The notes under the pieces are model-generated. The model made no database searches and had not been told where the DNA came from. It saw only the letters and a list, made by a program, of their open reading frames with translations. Position numbers and translations under genes: made by a program. From Marsupella aquatica (taxonomy: Eukaryota > Plantae > Marchantiophyta), in assembly GCA_973895155.1 (NCBI GenBank), contig OZ316891.1:25047899-25111898 (forward strand): 64,000 nucleotides of DNA, in the 5' to 3' direction. How positions within the stretch are numbered: position 1 is the stretch's first letter; every line of letters starts with the position of its first letter. Below, piece after piece: positions 1 through 8,826 of this stretch.

Positions 1-1183
1 ATCTGGCCTCTTGCTCCTTCAGGCGTCTTGCCGTAGACAATGGTGTAACGGCCACCGTGGGTAGTATCACTTCACGGTGAGAGGACTTCTTGACTTTCTT
101 TGACAACTTCTTCTTCTTCCTCCTTCGTCTTTCAGCTTCTGACTCCGTAGTGTCTGACTCTGTAGTACTCTCAGAATCCTCAGATTCATCACTACTATCT
201 GAATCAGATCCACTCGACTCCTCACTGGAGGAACTGTCAACCGGCTTCAGCTTCTTTCTTCGGCAACGCTTGCTTGTGGCATCAGCTGCGGTGTATGACT
301 CCGCTGCTGCAATAGCTTCAGCCAATGTGGTTGGCTTGGCTTGACGTACAAAGAACCCCATCTTGCTTGGTAGGGCAGCCACAAACCAGGCTTGACGCAT
401 AGCATCATCGGTACGGGCTTGGATCCGACGTACCAGCTTTTGGAACCTTTGCAAAAACCTCCGTAATGACTCCTTCTTCTTCATCCTGAGTTGGCCCACC
501 TTTAATAGTGAGGTGGCCTCCACTCCTATGGATCTGAACTCCTTCAAGAAGGCTTGCTTGAACAGAGCCCAATCAGCTTTCACGTTGGCCAACAACGAAA
601 TGAACCATGGACCTGCCTCCCCTCTCATCATTCCAGGAATGATAGTGAGCTTATGTGCAGACTCCCCATTAGCTTCGGCAATCCCTTCAAACTCCTCAAT
701 CCATTCGTCTGGATCATCCTTTGGTCTCCCCTTGAAGGGTACGTACTGAACACGGGTACGTTGTGCAGCTGCCATCGGTGCAGCCGGTGCCTGTATCAAC
801 ACAGGTGGTAATGGCGCTTGTTGGGCCACCGGTAACAGCACCGATGATAGGTGTGAGATGATTTGTGGCAATGCAGTGAGCTCTGGGATCAGATTTTGTA
901 ACTCAGACTGCACCAACACAAAGGGCTCTCCTTCTTCTCGCTCGTGATCTATGTCTGGCTCTTCGTCTGGGCATATGGCCTCATTACGTTGAGCCTCTTC
1001 CTGTTGCACACCAACTTGTTCTTCCAGCACCAGTGGCAACCTCCTCTCTTCTGCAAGCCGTAAGCGTTCTTCGGCAGCAACTCGTCGTCTGGTCCCAATC
1101 CAAGAGGGCCCCCCTTCTAGCTCTGATCTTGGGGTACGTGTGTGTTGGGGACTTCCTCTACCTCCCCTTCTCCCTCTCGGCAT
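1..1183 (-). CDS. gag: Ty3/Gypsy gag, family 1 (partial, runs off the left edge)
   Basis: ATG at 1183; hand translation gives YVPFKGRPKDDPDEWIEEFEGIAEANGES...GEAGPWF, clearly homologous to the gag at 42174-44753 (YKAFHGRGDEDPDEWLDDFEGTAAANGES). Not in the ORF track, presumably because its stop lies outside the window. Confidence 0.85.
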   Translation of the reverse strand, partial: MPRGRRGGRGSPQHTRTPRSELEGGPSWIGTRRRVAAEERLRLAEERRLPLVLEEQVGVQQEEAQRNEAICPDEEPDIDHEREEGEPFVLVQSELQNLIPELTALPQIISHLSSVLLPVAQQAPLPPVLIQAPAAPMAAAQRTRVQYVPFKGRPKDDPDEWIEEFEGIAEANGESAHKLTIIPGMMRGEAGPWFISLLANVKADWALFKQAFLKEFRSIGVEATSLLKVGQLRMKKKESLRRFLQRFQKLVRRIQARTDDAMRQAWFVAALPSKMGFFVRQAKPTTLAEAIAAAESYTAADATSKRCRRKKLKPVDSSSSEESSGSDSDSSDESEDSESTTESDTTESEAERRRRKKKKLSKKVKKSSHREVILPTVAVTPLSTARRLKEQEAR

Positions 1184-1400
1184 CCCATTGAGACCTGCAT
1201 TCCAAACTTACACCAATGTCTAAGAAAGCAATATTTGTAAACATCAACCGTCGCACGATGCGTTGTGGTTGACGTACAATAACAAAGTAACCAACAAACT
1301 TCTCACGTATCAACCGTCGCAAGTTGCGTTGTGGTTGATAGGTTTGAACTCCCAATAGACGTAGCTCCCCTCCTTCGTGTCGTCAAACAAGAAGAAGGAT

Positions 1401-1418
1401 TCCCCGGCAGCGGCGCCA
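1401..1418 (-). promoter_or_regulatory. Primer binding site, tRNA-Asp (Athila-like) type
   Basis: Minus strand TGGCGCCGCTGCCGGGGA, one mismatch from the Athila-type PBS TGGCGCCGTTGCCGGGGA, upstream of gag. Confidence 0.85.
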
Positions 1419-2526
1419 AAAACAAAAGACCACACTTATGTCACTTGCCTCTCCAACGGTTAATACGTGCAAACCGCACTTTTCTTCGCTTAAACCGTTG
1501 GTATCGTATTACGGGGTCGTGGAGGGACGCTATTTGGATTCTTTTCACACCAGGATGAGTATTTTGGTTTCCGCTCCCGGAAATGTAGGTTTTGATCAAG
1601 TCTACCGACTACCCTCACCCCACAGCTTTTGATCAAGTCCTGCCGACTACCCCACTACACCTTCACTCGGAGTCACCCAAAGAGTGCTGTCACCACCCCT
1701 ACTCACAAGGCCGACTCAAACCAAGCAAGTTTCTTCAAATCATAGAACGGGAGAACACAATTCGGAAAGCGAAAAAGGGAGAAGGAACACACAACAAAAG
1801 CCCATCAAGTCAAATGTACAGATCCATATCTCTTGGGAAAAATGATACACATTGCATGAGTAACCCGGCCTCCTGCCGTCTACTCAACTCCTGCCTCTCC
1901 GGACAATGAGTATGGCTCCCCCTCACTACTCTGAACACGCTTTCAAACTCCTCAGGCTCCACTCTATCCCTCCTTGCTAACTTCACACTGAGTCCCCCTA
2001 ACTACTGAAAAATCACACCAAAGCACCCCTCACAGGGTCACAACGGTGGCGGCTACCCTAGCGGCGCCGCTAAAACCTTGCACTAAGAGAAATCCTTAAA
2101 CTGAAGAGGAGCATGCGGCACACACATGCTGCTAAAACCCTAAACCCAAAACAAGGGGGCCGACGGTGCCTTCGACGGCGCCCCAACAGTACACGTGAAC
2201 CCTGAAAGTGAGAGGCACCCCAAAATGGCCGAAACTAGGTGCCCTTCCAAGTGCACACCTGAGCTCACCCCTGGATAGCTCTTCTTTTCCTGCTTCCGAA
2301 TCACTAAGTCGCTCCCTCAACGGACTTCAGACGCCTGAGTTATGGCCGTTTCCGTACCGCAAAAACATAAGTTCTCCAGGCCATAACTTGCTCATCCTGG
2401 CTCCGTTTGAGGAGCGCCGCCTCTTGTTGGAATCAGCTCCGCGAGCTCATCCCAACAAGCCCATGAGTGACCCCCCACTAAAATGTTGGAAATCTGGAGG
2501 CCGTACACCCACGTCCGTACGCCTAT

Positions 2527-4383
2527 CTAATCCTCCTCTTCTTCTTCGCTCTCGGTGCCCGGACTTGTGCCCCGTGAGTGGTCCTCCTCCTCATCACTCA
2601 CGGGAGTGAGTGCCACCGTACTTTTCTTCTTCTTCGACGGAGTACTCTTAGTGCTGCTGCTCCCGCGCTTCCTCAAAGCAGCCAAGGCCTGCCACGCCTT
2701 GATGTACCCCTCACCAATTGTGTCCTTCCAGAGGGTAGCCTCTTCTCCGGACCGCAACTCCAACGGTAGAACTTGCCCCGTGGCCATGGGAGTCCCGGGG
2801 GTGACAGACCTGGGTGGCATCCCCGTACTGACCTGAGCCTCCCGTAACGATTTCCGTACCTCCCGGAGCTTCTTCTCCAAGCTCTTACTCTTCTCCTGAC
2901 TCTTCTTGGCTCCATCCAACAAGGGTCCATACTTCCCACTAACCTCCTTCACCACCATCTCGATAGCTTGGGAGATCACATCCGGGGAAAGTGTGGAGCC
3001 AGGTGTGCCGGGACTCTTCCGTTTCCCTAGACTCAGGGCCTCACTTCTCTTCGCTCGTGTCTCAAAGGCTGCCACCTGACTCCGTAGTGCTCCCACCTGG
3101 TTCCTCCACTCCATCACTTCTCCAGAATTTTGCTTCTCTTTGGCCAATGCTTGCCTCAACGCTCCTACCTCGTCTGCGTCCTTGGCCTTGGTGGACAAAG
3201 CTCCCTTCAAGTTGGTGATCTCTACGTGAGCTGCATTGATGTGCCTGACCTTCTCATGAATGGTCTGCTCCTTGGTCTTGATCACCTCCTTCAGTGACAG
3301 GATGCTCTGCTCTAACGTCTCTACTTTGACTGTGGCGTGCTTGAGAGACTCCCTCAATGCGTGGACTAGCTTGAGTCCCTCGTGGACTCCCTCTCTGAAA
3401 TCCTGTAGCTCTGCCAAGTAAACATCCGGAATGTTGTATTCCAGAGGCTGTTTCGGATCTCCCACGAGTGATTCAAGCCACTCCAATGTGCAATCATCCT
3501 CCTGGTTCTCTTCTTCTCTATTATCCTCCCCACCAGCAGACAATGATTCCTCCGTGAGCTTCCCTAAAACGGTAGTGGCAATACTCCGGATCTCCGTGGT
3601 GAGAGATGATCCCGTGTCTTCATGCCCCGGAGAACCAATCAACCCTTCTGCCCTGGCCAATACAAATGACCCCATCAAATGTACAGCCCCACCTGGTTTC
3701 ACACTCCCGGGCTCAGCGGCCAATAGCTTCTTCAATCCGTAGCACCACCATCCGTACACATGGGCTGGGTAGTTCTTGATGTCCATAGCTACCACGAAAT
3801 GCTCCTCATTCAGCACTCCGGATTGCACGTTGCCAAGAACCCGTTGATGCACCTTGGCCAGGAAGCCCTTATACTCAACATCCTTGACAGCAGAAAGAGG
3901 GATGGCGGTGGTGGAGGTAGGATTGGTCACCCAAGTGGCCACCATTTTCAACGTGAGTTCTCCCCTGATATTCCGAGGTGTGAATGAGAATTTCTGATTC
4001 TCAAGAAACAATAGCTTAGCCAACTCCACATGGGGCACTACACGTTTGAGACATTCAAAGTAGATTCCCTCCGTTCGGAACTCCATCCCGGCCTCAATGT
4101 CCCAGCTCTTCCCTGAAGGGATGGTAATCTCCACCTTCATGAATTCTGTAAGCCCGGTGGCTTGGAAAATGTTCCGACAATCCTCCATCACCTTGGTGGA
4201 GGTCTTGGGATAAATTCGACGAAAAATCTTCCTACCCACCGGTGAGGAACCCGCTGCCAATCCCGTGCTCATCATAACTTCTCTCTCTTCCCTTTCCCGT
4301 GTAATCCGAGTCTCCACGTAGTCACGGTAAGCAGCCTTGTATCTCCGAATGCGTGACGCACTAAACTCTGGTTGATCTAGCAT
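2527..4383 (-). CDS. LTR-encoded 618-aa coiled-coil protein (family 1)
   Basis: Intact ORF; central heptad-rich region; basic KKKK followed by an acidic tail; IFQATGLTEFMKV resembles FMAGSGLEAFVRL in the family-2 LTR ORF. Confidence 0.75.
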   Translation of the reverse strand: MLDQPEFSASRIRRYKAAYRDYVETRITREREEREVMMSTGLAAGSSPVGRKIFRRIYPKTSTKVMEDCRNIFQATGLTEFMKVEITIPSGKSWDIEAGMEFRTEGIYFECLKRVVPHVELAKLLFLENQKFSFTPRNIRGELTLKMVATWVTNPTSTTAIPLSAVKDVEYKGFLAKVHQRVLGNVQSGVLNEEHFVVAMDIKNYPAHVYGWWCYGLKKLLAAEPGSVKPGGAVHLMGSFVLARAEGLIGSPGHEDTGSSLTTEIRSIATTVLGKLTEESLSAGGEDNREEENQEDDCTLEWLESLVGDPKQPLEYNIPDVYLAELQDFREGVHEGLKLVHALRESLKHATVKVETLEQSILSLKEVIKTKEQTIHEKVRHINAAHVEITNLKGALSTKAKDADEVGALRQALAKEKQNSGEVMEWRNQVGALRSQVAAFETRAKRSEALSLGKRKSPGTPGSTLSPDVISQAIEMVVKEVSGKYGPLLDGAKKSQEKSKSLEKKLREVRKSLREAQVSTGMPPRSVTPGTPMATGQVLPLELRSGEEATLWKDTIGEGYIKAWQALAALRKRGSSSTKSTPSKKKKSTVALTPVSDEEEDHSRGTSPGTESEEEEED

Positions 4384-4827
4384 CCATGCATCCCGAAATC
4401 AATTTCTCAATCACCAATCCCGTCACCCGTGGCAATGTCAATTCCCTGGCCCGAAACAGCCCCCGTAGCCCGATCACTTAAATTCTCTCAATTTCCCGTC
4501 ACTACTCCGTGCGGCCGCCACTAATGCCTGGAAGAATGACGCCAGCAAGCCCCACTAATCCACCATGAAAGAGAGAGCTTCAAAAATAATTAGAATCTGG
4601 AGAGAGCTTCCGGCAAGAGAGAGAAGAACCCCGTTTTTGCTTTCGGCAATGAGAGGGTCGTGCAAAAGGAAGAGGGAAAGAAAAAGGAAGGAAAAAAAAA
4701 TAGAACCGAAAAAACTCCTGGCGCCTTCGCCATGCGCCCCGGCCCATTTCTCGGGCCTTACCCTTGCGTCCTCCTGCGCGCGGCCCTATGCAGGGCGCGC
4801 GGCCATTCCTCCCGGCTCGCGGGAGGC

Positions 4828-5033
4828 CCTTCAACTCCCCCCCGCTCGCGTGATCCTCCCAGCTCGCGGGAGGCCCTTTAACTCCCCCCCGCTCGCGTGA
4901 TCCTCCCAGCTCGCGGGACCTCATTAATTGCCCGGGCACGCAGCCCTATGGGCTCGCGAGGCAGCCCCTTCAGCTCGCGGAGCCCCATTAATCGCCCGGG
5001 CACGCAGCCCTATGGGCTCGCGAGGCAGCCCCT
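4828..5033. repeat. Two pairs of GC-rich direct repeats (~40-47 bp) in the LTR, upstream of the ORF
   Basis: CCCCCCGCTCGCGTGATCCTCCCAGCTCGCGGGA x2 and GCCCGGGCACGCAGCCCTATGGGCTCGCGAGGCAGCCCCT x2. Confidence 0.85.
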
Positions 5034-5506
5034 CTTTCTCTCGGACGGCCACTAATGGGACTCGCCCTCCTGAGGAGGGATTTATTTAAAAAAAAACCCC
5101 CCCTCTCCTGACTTTGCAATGGGGGTCTCAACAATAGCTCTTGAAGCAAAACGGTAAGTCCTATGGGGCTGGTCCTGGCTAGTTTCAAGGTCCCAAAATA
5201 TTTGCCCACTTAGGTCGCCGCAAATCTTAGAACTATTATGAGAGAAAGAATATAAAGTCACCTGGGGCATCATCAACCTATAATGACGGAATTAACTAAA
5301 AATTAAAAAATGGCTTATTTACATTGACTATTAACAAGGTATCGGCCTTTGCAACCAGTTATGTGTGACTTCCCGTGACGGGGTACCCGTCACAATTCTT
5401 GGAATATTCCAAAAATTGGATTAAAAAGGCCCTAATGTTCTTATAAGTCTCAAAATTGAATTTAAAAGACCCTATTGTTCTTCTACAAAAATTCTTAAGT
5501 CTTCCC

Positions 5507-5780
5507 TTACAACCAATAAAATGACCCTATCCTTCGTCGCAAGTGATATGCCATTTTTGTGGAAGTGAAACCCCTGAGATAGCCTCTTGATCTCCCCCTA
5601 AACTGCAACAGGGCCAAGTATGCATCGATGATATCTGAATGTAGCCATTGAGCTCCTGGTCTTCCTTCAGACAAGCATCTCATTGACGCCCTGGTCAACT
5701 TGTAATCTACAAAGTTGAATAGTAATTCCTCGCCTGGGAGCTCTGTGGATAGACATGTGGATACTATGTTAGAAAAGTCT
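5507..5780 (-). pseudogene. Ulp1/C48 peptidase-like fragment (DNA transposon cargo relic)
   Basis: QWLHSDIIDAYLALL resembles the Ulp1 WLNDEIINFY motif; short and truncated. Confidence 0.5.
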
Positions 5781-5891
5781 TGAGAGCAAACTACTTCAGC
5801 AAATAACCCAGGTATCTGGGTATTCCCACCACGTGCTGCATAGGATTGAACAGCATGGCATTAGGCATCATTCATCTTCATCTGAGCTATA

Positions 5892-6812
5892 TGTGGTGCG
5901 TCCCATGGTTCCCTAAACCCAAGAAACCCCTTCTGCACAAGCCAATTCCTGCAGGTTTTGCTCTCGGCGAGGCCGGATCCGCGGCTTAGCGGCATGGGAC
6001 GCTGCTAAACTCCTTTACTACTATTACTATTAACATTTTACTCACATATACTAGACAGATGTCATGAGATATGTAGCCGGCCTATTCTAGGCCTTCCCTT
6101 GTCCTCCTCTCTTGGTTTTCCTTTAGGTATGTTTGGATTCCGCCGCCGGAATGATCCCCAACTGGCTTGGGTAAGCCGCTAAGACCTCTCTCAGCTCGAC
6201 ACATCCAACTCTTACTACCTTGCTTAATCCCTTCTTGGTTGATGTGGGCAATCTTCAAACAAGTTAATGCGACACACAAATAGCAAAATGACTCCTTCTG
6301 ACTGAGTTATACCATGCACTTGCCATACAAACAGTACTTCTCATACACAAGATCTGCGAACTAAGCCGTGAGGCCAACTCTATTCATCTCTTAGGCATGA
6401 GGAAACATGAATATACACAAGGATCACAGTATAACTAACCGAGAGCTTCTTTAACTATCTGATCCCAGCCCTGCTGGTGCACTAAAAACTTGCTAAGGAA
6501 GAAGGCCCTCAACTCCCCACTGCCCAGGTACTTATCCTGGTAATGGATCCGCCTAATTTGTTGCAGCATAAGCCTAATCTACCTAACTGTAATCTACCTA
6601 TGTACAGCAAGGCAGGAGCACAAGTGTTGCTCTTACCAGTGGATCCACAATCCCACTAAGCTAAGTGTCAGGGCCGCCTCTTGGTCCTAATCCTAACTCT
6701 AAACTTGGAGATCTGAGCCCGCCCTGCCCACTCACGCCTCCTCCCTCCACGTCCGCCCTCCTTAAAAGGAGCGGCCCTCCACCACCGTCATGGCAGCTGT
6801 GTCTGGTCCTCA
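5892..6812 (-). mobile_element. Diverged family-2-like LTR, left part
   Basis: Starts TGTGGTGCGTCCCATGG and is colinear with, but diverged from, 8827-9772. Confidence 0.9.
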
Positions 6813-6819
6813 CATCTGT

Positions 6820-7050
6820 CAAACTCCACTCTGCTTTATGGGCTTACAGAACCACATAAAAAATTACCACCTTGAGAACACCATTCTACTTAACTTTTGG
6901 TATGGATAGTGTTACCCCCATTGAATTTGAATTACCTACTGAGCGGCTTCTGATCTCAGAAAGATTACTTGAGCCGGATAGCTTCCACATTAGGTTGGAA
7001 ACTCTAGATGAGTTAGAAGAGCATAGGCTTTTATCAGCCTATTCATTAAA
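6820..7050 (+). pseudogene. Gypsy integrase C-terminal fragment
   Basis: KLHSALWAYRTT*KITTLRTPFYLTFGMDSVTPIEFELPT, a typical post-core integrase segment with an in-frame stop. Confidence 0.85.
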
Positions 7051-7083
7051 AGTGTATTTTCTTTTGTTCACAAATTAGTCTTG

Positions 7084-7290
7084 AAATGTACACTTTCATG
7101 TCCCCAAATGTACACTTTAAGAAACCCAAATGTACACTTTTTGGTCCCTAAATGTACACTTTATAGGCCAAATCATATTAGTATTATATTAATAAATAAT
7201 ACATATTATATCATTTATTGATTCACAAAGAATAATAGGATAGAGATCATTATTTATTAATTCACAAAGAATAGTAGGATAGAGATCATA
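7084..7290. repeat. AAATGTACACTTT x4 (~22-bp period) plus a ~30-bp duplication
   Basis: Four copies at 7084-7162; ATTCACAAAGAATARTAGGATAGAGATCAT twice at 7221-7289. Confidence 0.85.
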
Positions 7291-7437
7291 CTTATAAAAA
7301 CATTTCAGCACAAAGAAACCCTTGAATATGTGTGAACAAAATGACATAACTCCAAATAGATTATAAAATAATATACAATTATCTCCAAATTTACAATGTC
7401 TTTCTTCTATCTAAGGGGCTTAACATGAGTCAGATCT

Positions 7438-8571
7438 CTAAACAAAGTGCTCCTTACAATGTGTATTTGAGCACGTGCCCCTGTCTCCTTTACTATCTAC
7501 CCTAGTGTCACGGTTGCAAGTCCCTTTATCTTTAGGGAGCTGAAACTTGGTGGTGTTGTTCCTAATGGCTATAATCTCCCGCAAAAAGTGTCTGGGATTT
7601 TTTCTATGTGGACCTGAATAGTCCCTTCCTACAAATGCTTTAGCAAGTGACGTGACAAGTGCATCATCAAGTTCTGCCTCAGGACGTAAACTACATATAC
7701 GATGCTTCACGTTCCAAGGAATCTCATTGCTATTGAGGTCCAACACACTATGCGTAAACTGTGACTTCCAAATTTTTGTTGCACATCTCTTACTAAGTTG
7801 ATCATAAGTAATTTCATTTTTTACCTTGTCTCTCTTTATGTGCAATAGAGACCACAGTGGAGAGTTAAGAAGAAGATAACATCTAATGTCACTTGCATGG
7901 GATAGTTTCTCAAGACAAGGCCAAAGAATTGTTAGAAGAAAATTATCTCCACCATTGGCATGCGTGTAGGGCACTGGAAATAGTCCGGTCATGCTTGGGT
8001 TGGCAAATGCCTTAAGGGGGGAGTCATCCACAAGGAGGGTGTTGGTTTCATCATAAAGATTTCCAAATCCACTCCATACCACCCGAAAATCCTTCAGTAG
8101 CACATTTGCCTTTCCGTTTGTAATGTCACGCCTTTGAATGTCTGTGTCAAAGGCTTCCACCTGTGTGAATACAAACTTAAGTTTCAACCGCTCCTCAGCA
8201 GTGAACATCAAGTTCAGCATTTTCACTGTTTGATGTACCCCAGCACATGTCCAAATTGCAACGTCAAATCGGTCAAAAACCAACTTTAGAAACTCATGGA
8301 GCCCTGGCCTTTCTGTGTACATGCGACTAATTCCATTTTTTCTATCCCAATGCACTCCACTTGGGGTCACAACATTTCTGGATTTGCCCTTGCTTTGGAA
8401 TTCAACTGAATCCCAAAGTATTTTGTTAAGATCCAAAATCAGCAATTTGCGCTTGATGGAACAAAGTCTTGGTTCTGCAAGTGCAACAAATACCAATCTT
8501 AGAGAAAAAACCACATTTGAAGTTTGGATAGAGATCATCTTTGTCAACCCAACACAAGTGGCCAACCACAA
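7438..8571 (-). CDS. FCP1/NIF (HAD-superfamily, CTD-phosphatase-like) domain protein
   Basis: LLILDLNKIL (motif I variant), RPGLHEFL, FDVAIWT, LKDF, NTLLVDDSP.K...NP. The true 5' end is uncertain. Confidence 0.8.
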   Translation of the reverse strand: MWLATCVGLTKMISIQTSNVVFSLRLVFVALAEPRLCSIKRKLLILDLNKILWDSVEFQSKGKSRNVVTPSGVHWDRKNGISRMYTERPGLHEFLKLVFDRFDVAIWTCAGVHQTVKMLNLMFTAEERLKLKFVFTQVEAFDTDIQRRDITNGKANVLLKDFRVVWSGFGNLYDETNTLLVDDSPLKAFANPSMTGLFPVPYTHANGGDNFLLTILWPCLEKLSHASDIRCYLLLNSPLWSLLHIKRDKVKNEITYDQLSKRCATKIWKSQFTHSVLDLNSNEIPWNVKHRICSLRPEAELDDALVTSLAKAFVGRDYSGPHRKNPRHFLREIIAIRNNTTKFQLPKDKGTCNRDTRVDSKGDRGTCSNTHCKEHFV

Positions 8572-8826
8572 AGAAAATATATCTGCATACTGATCATATT
8601 CATTGAGAAACCGTAAAGAGGAGATGGATACTGATACTGATGCTCTAATTGTTAAACTTGAAGTATAATTATACAGACTATATTATATCAAATTGATAAG
8701 GTCACATCGCTCAATCTAGACCTTGGCTAACAATGCGATCCATATTCATCAATCAAGATATCATCACCGAGTTCTTGTTGGATCTCATAATTGACATCGG
8801 AGGTACTCTCCTCTATCCAATAAGGT

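Larger units (their letters stand above)
1439..5394 (-). mobile_element. 5' LTR (~3.96 kb) of family-1 Gypsy element, containing an ORF
   Basis: TGTCAC at 1439 next to the PBS; ...GTGACGGGGTACCCGTCACA ends at 5394, similar to the TSD-confirmed end of the solo LTR at 55548. The partner LTR is outside the window, so the boundaries are inferred. Confidence 0.6.

Noticed and set aside
2059-2072. Palindrome TAGCGGCGCCGCTA resembling the MULE 13-mer
   Set aside because: Different spacing and core, a single copy, and inside an unrelated LTR.
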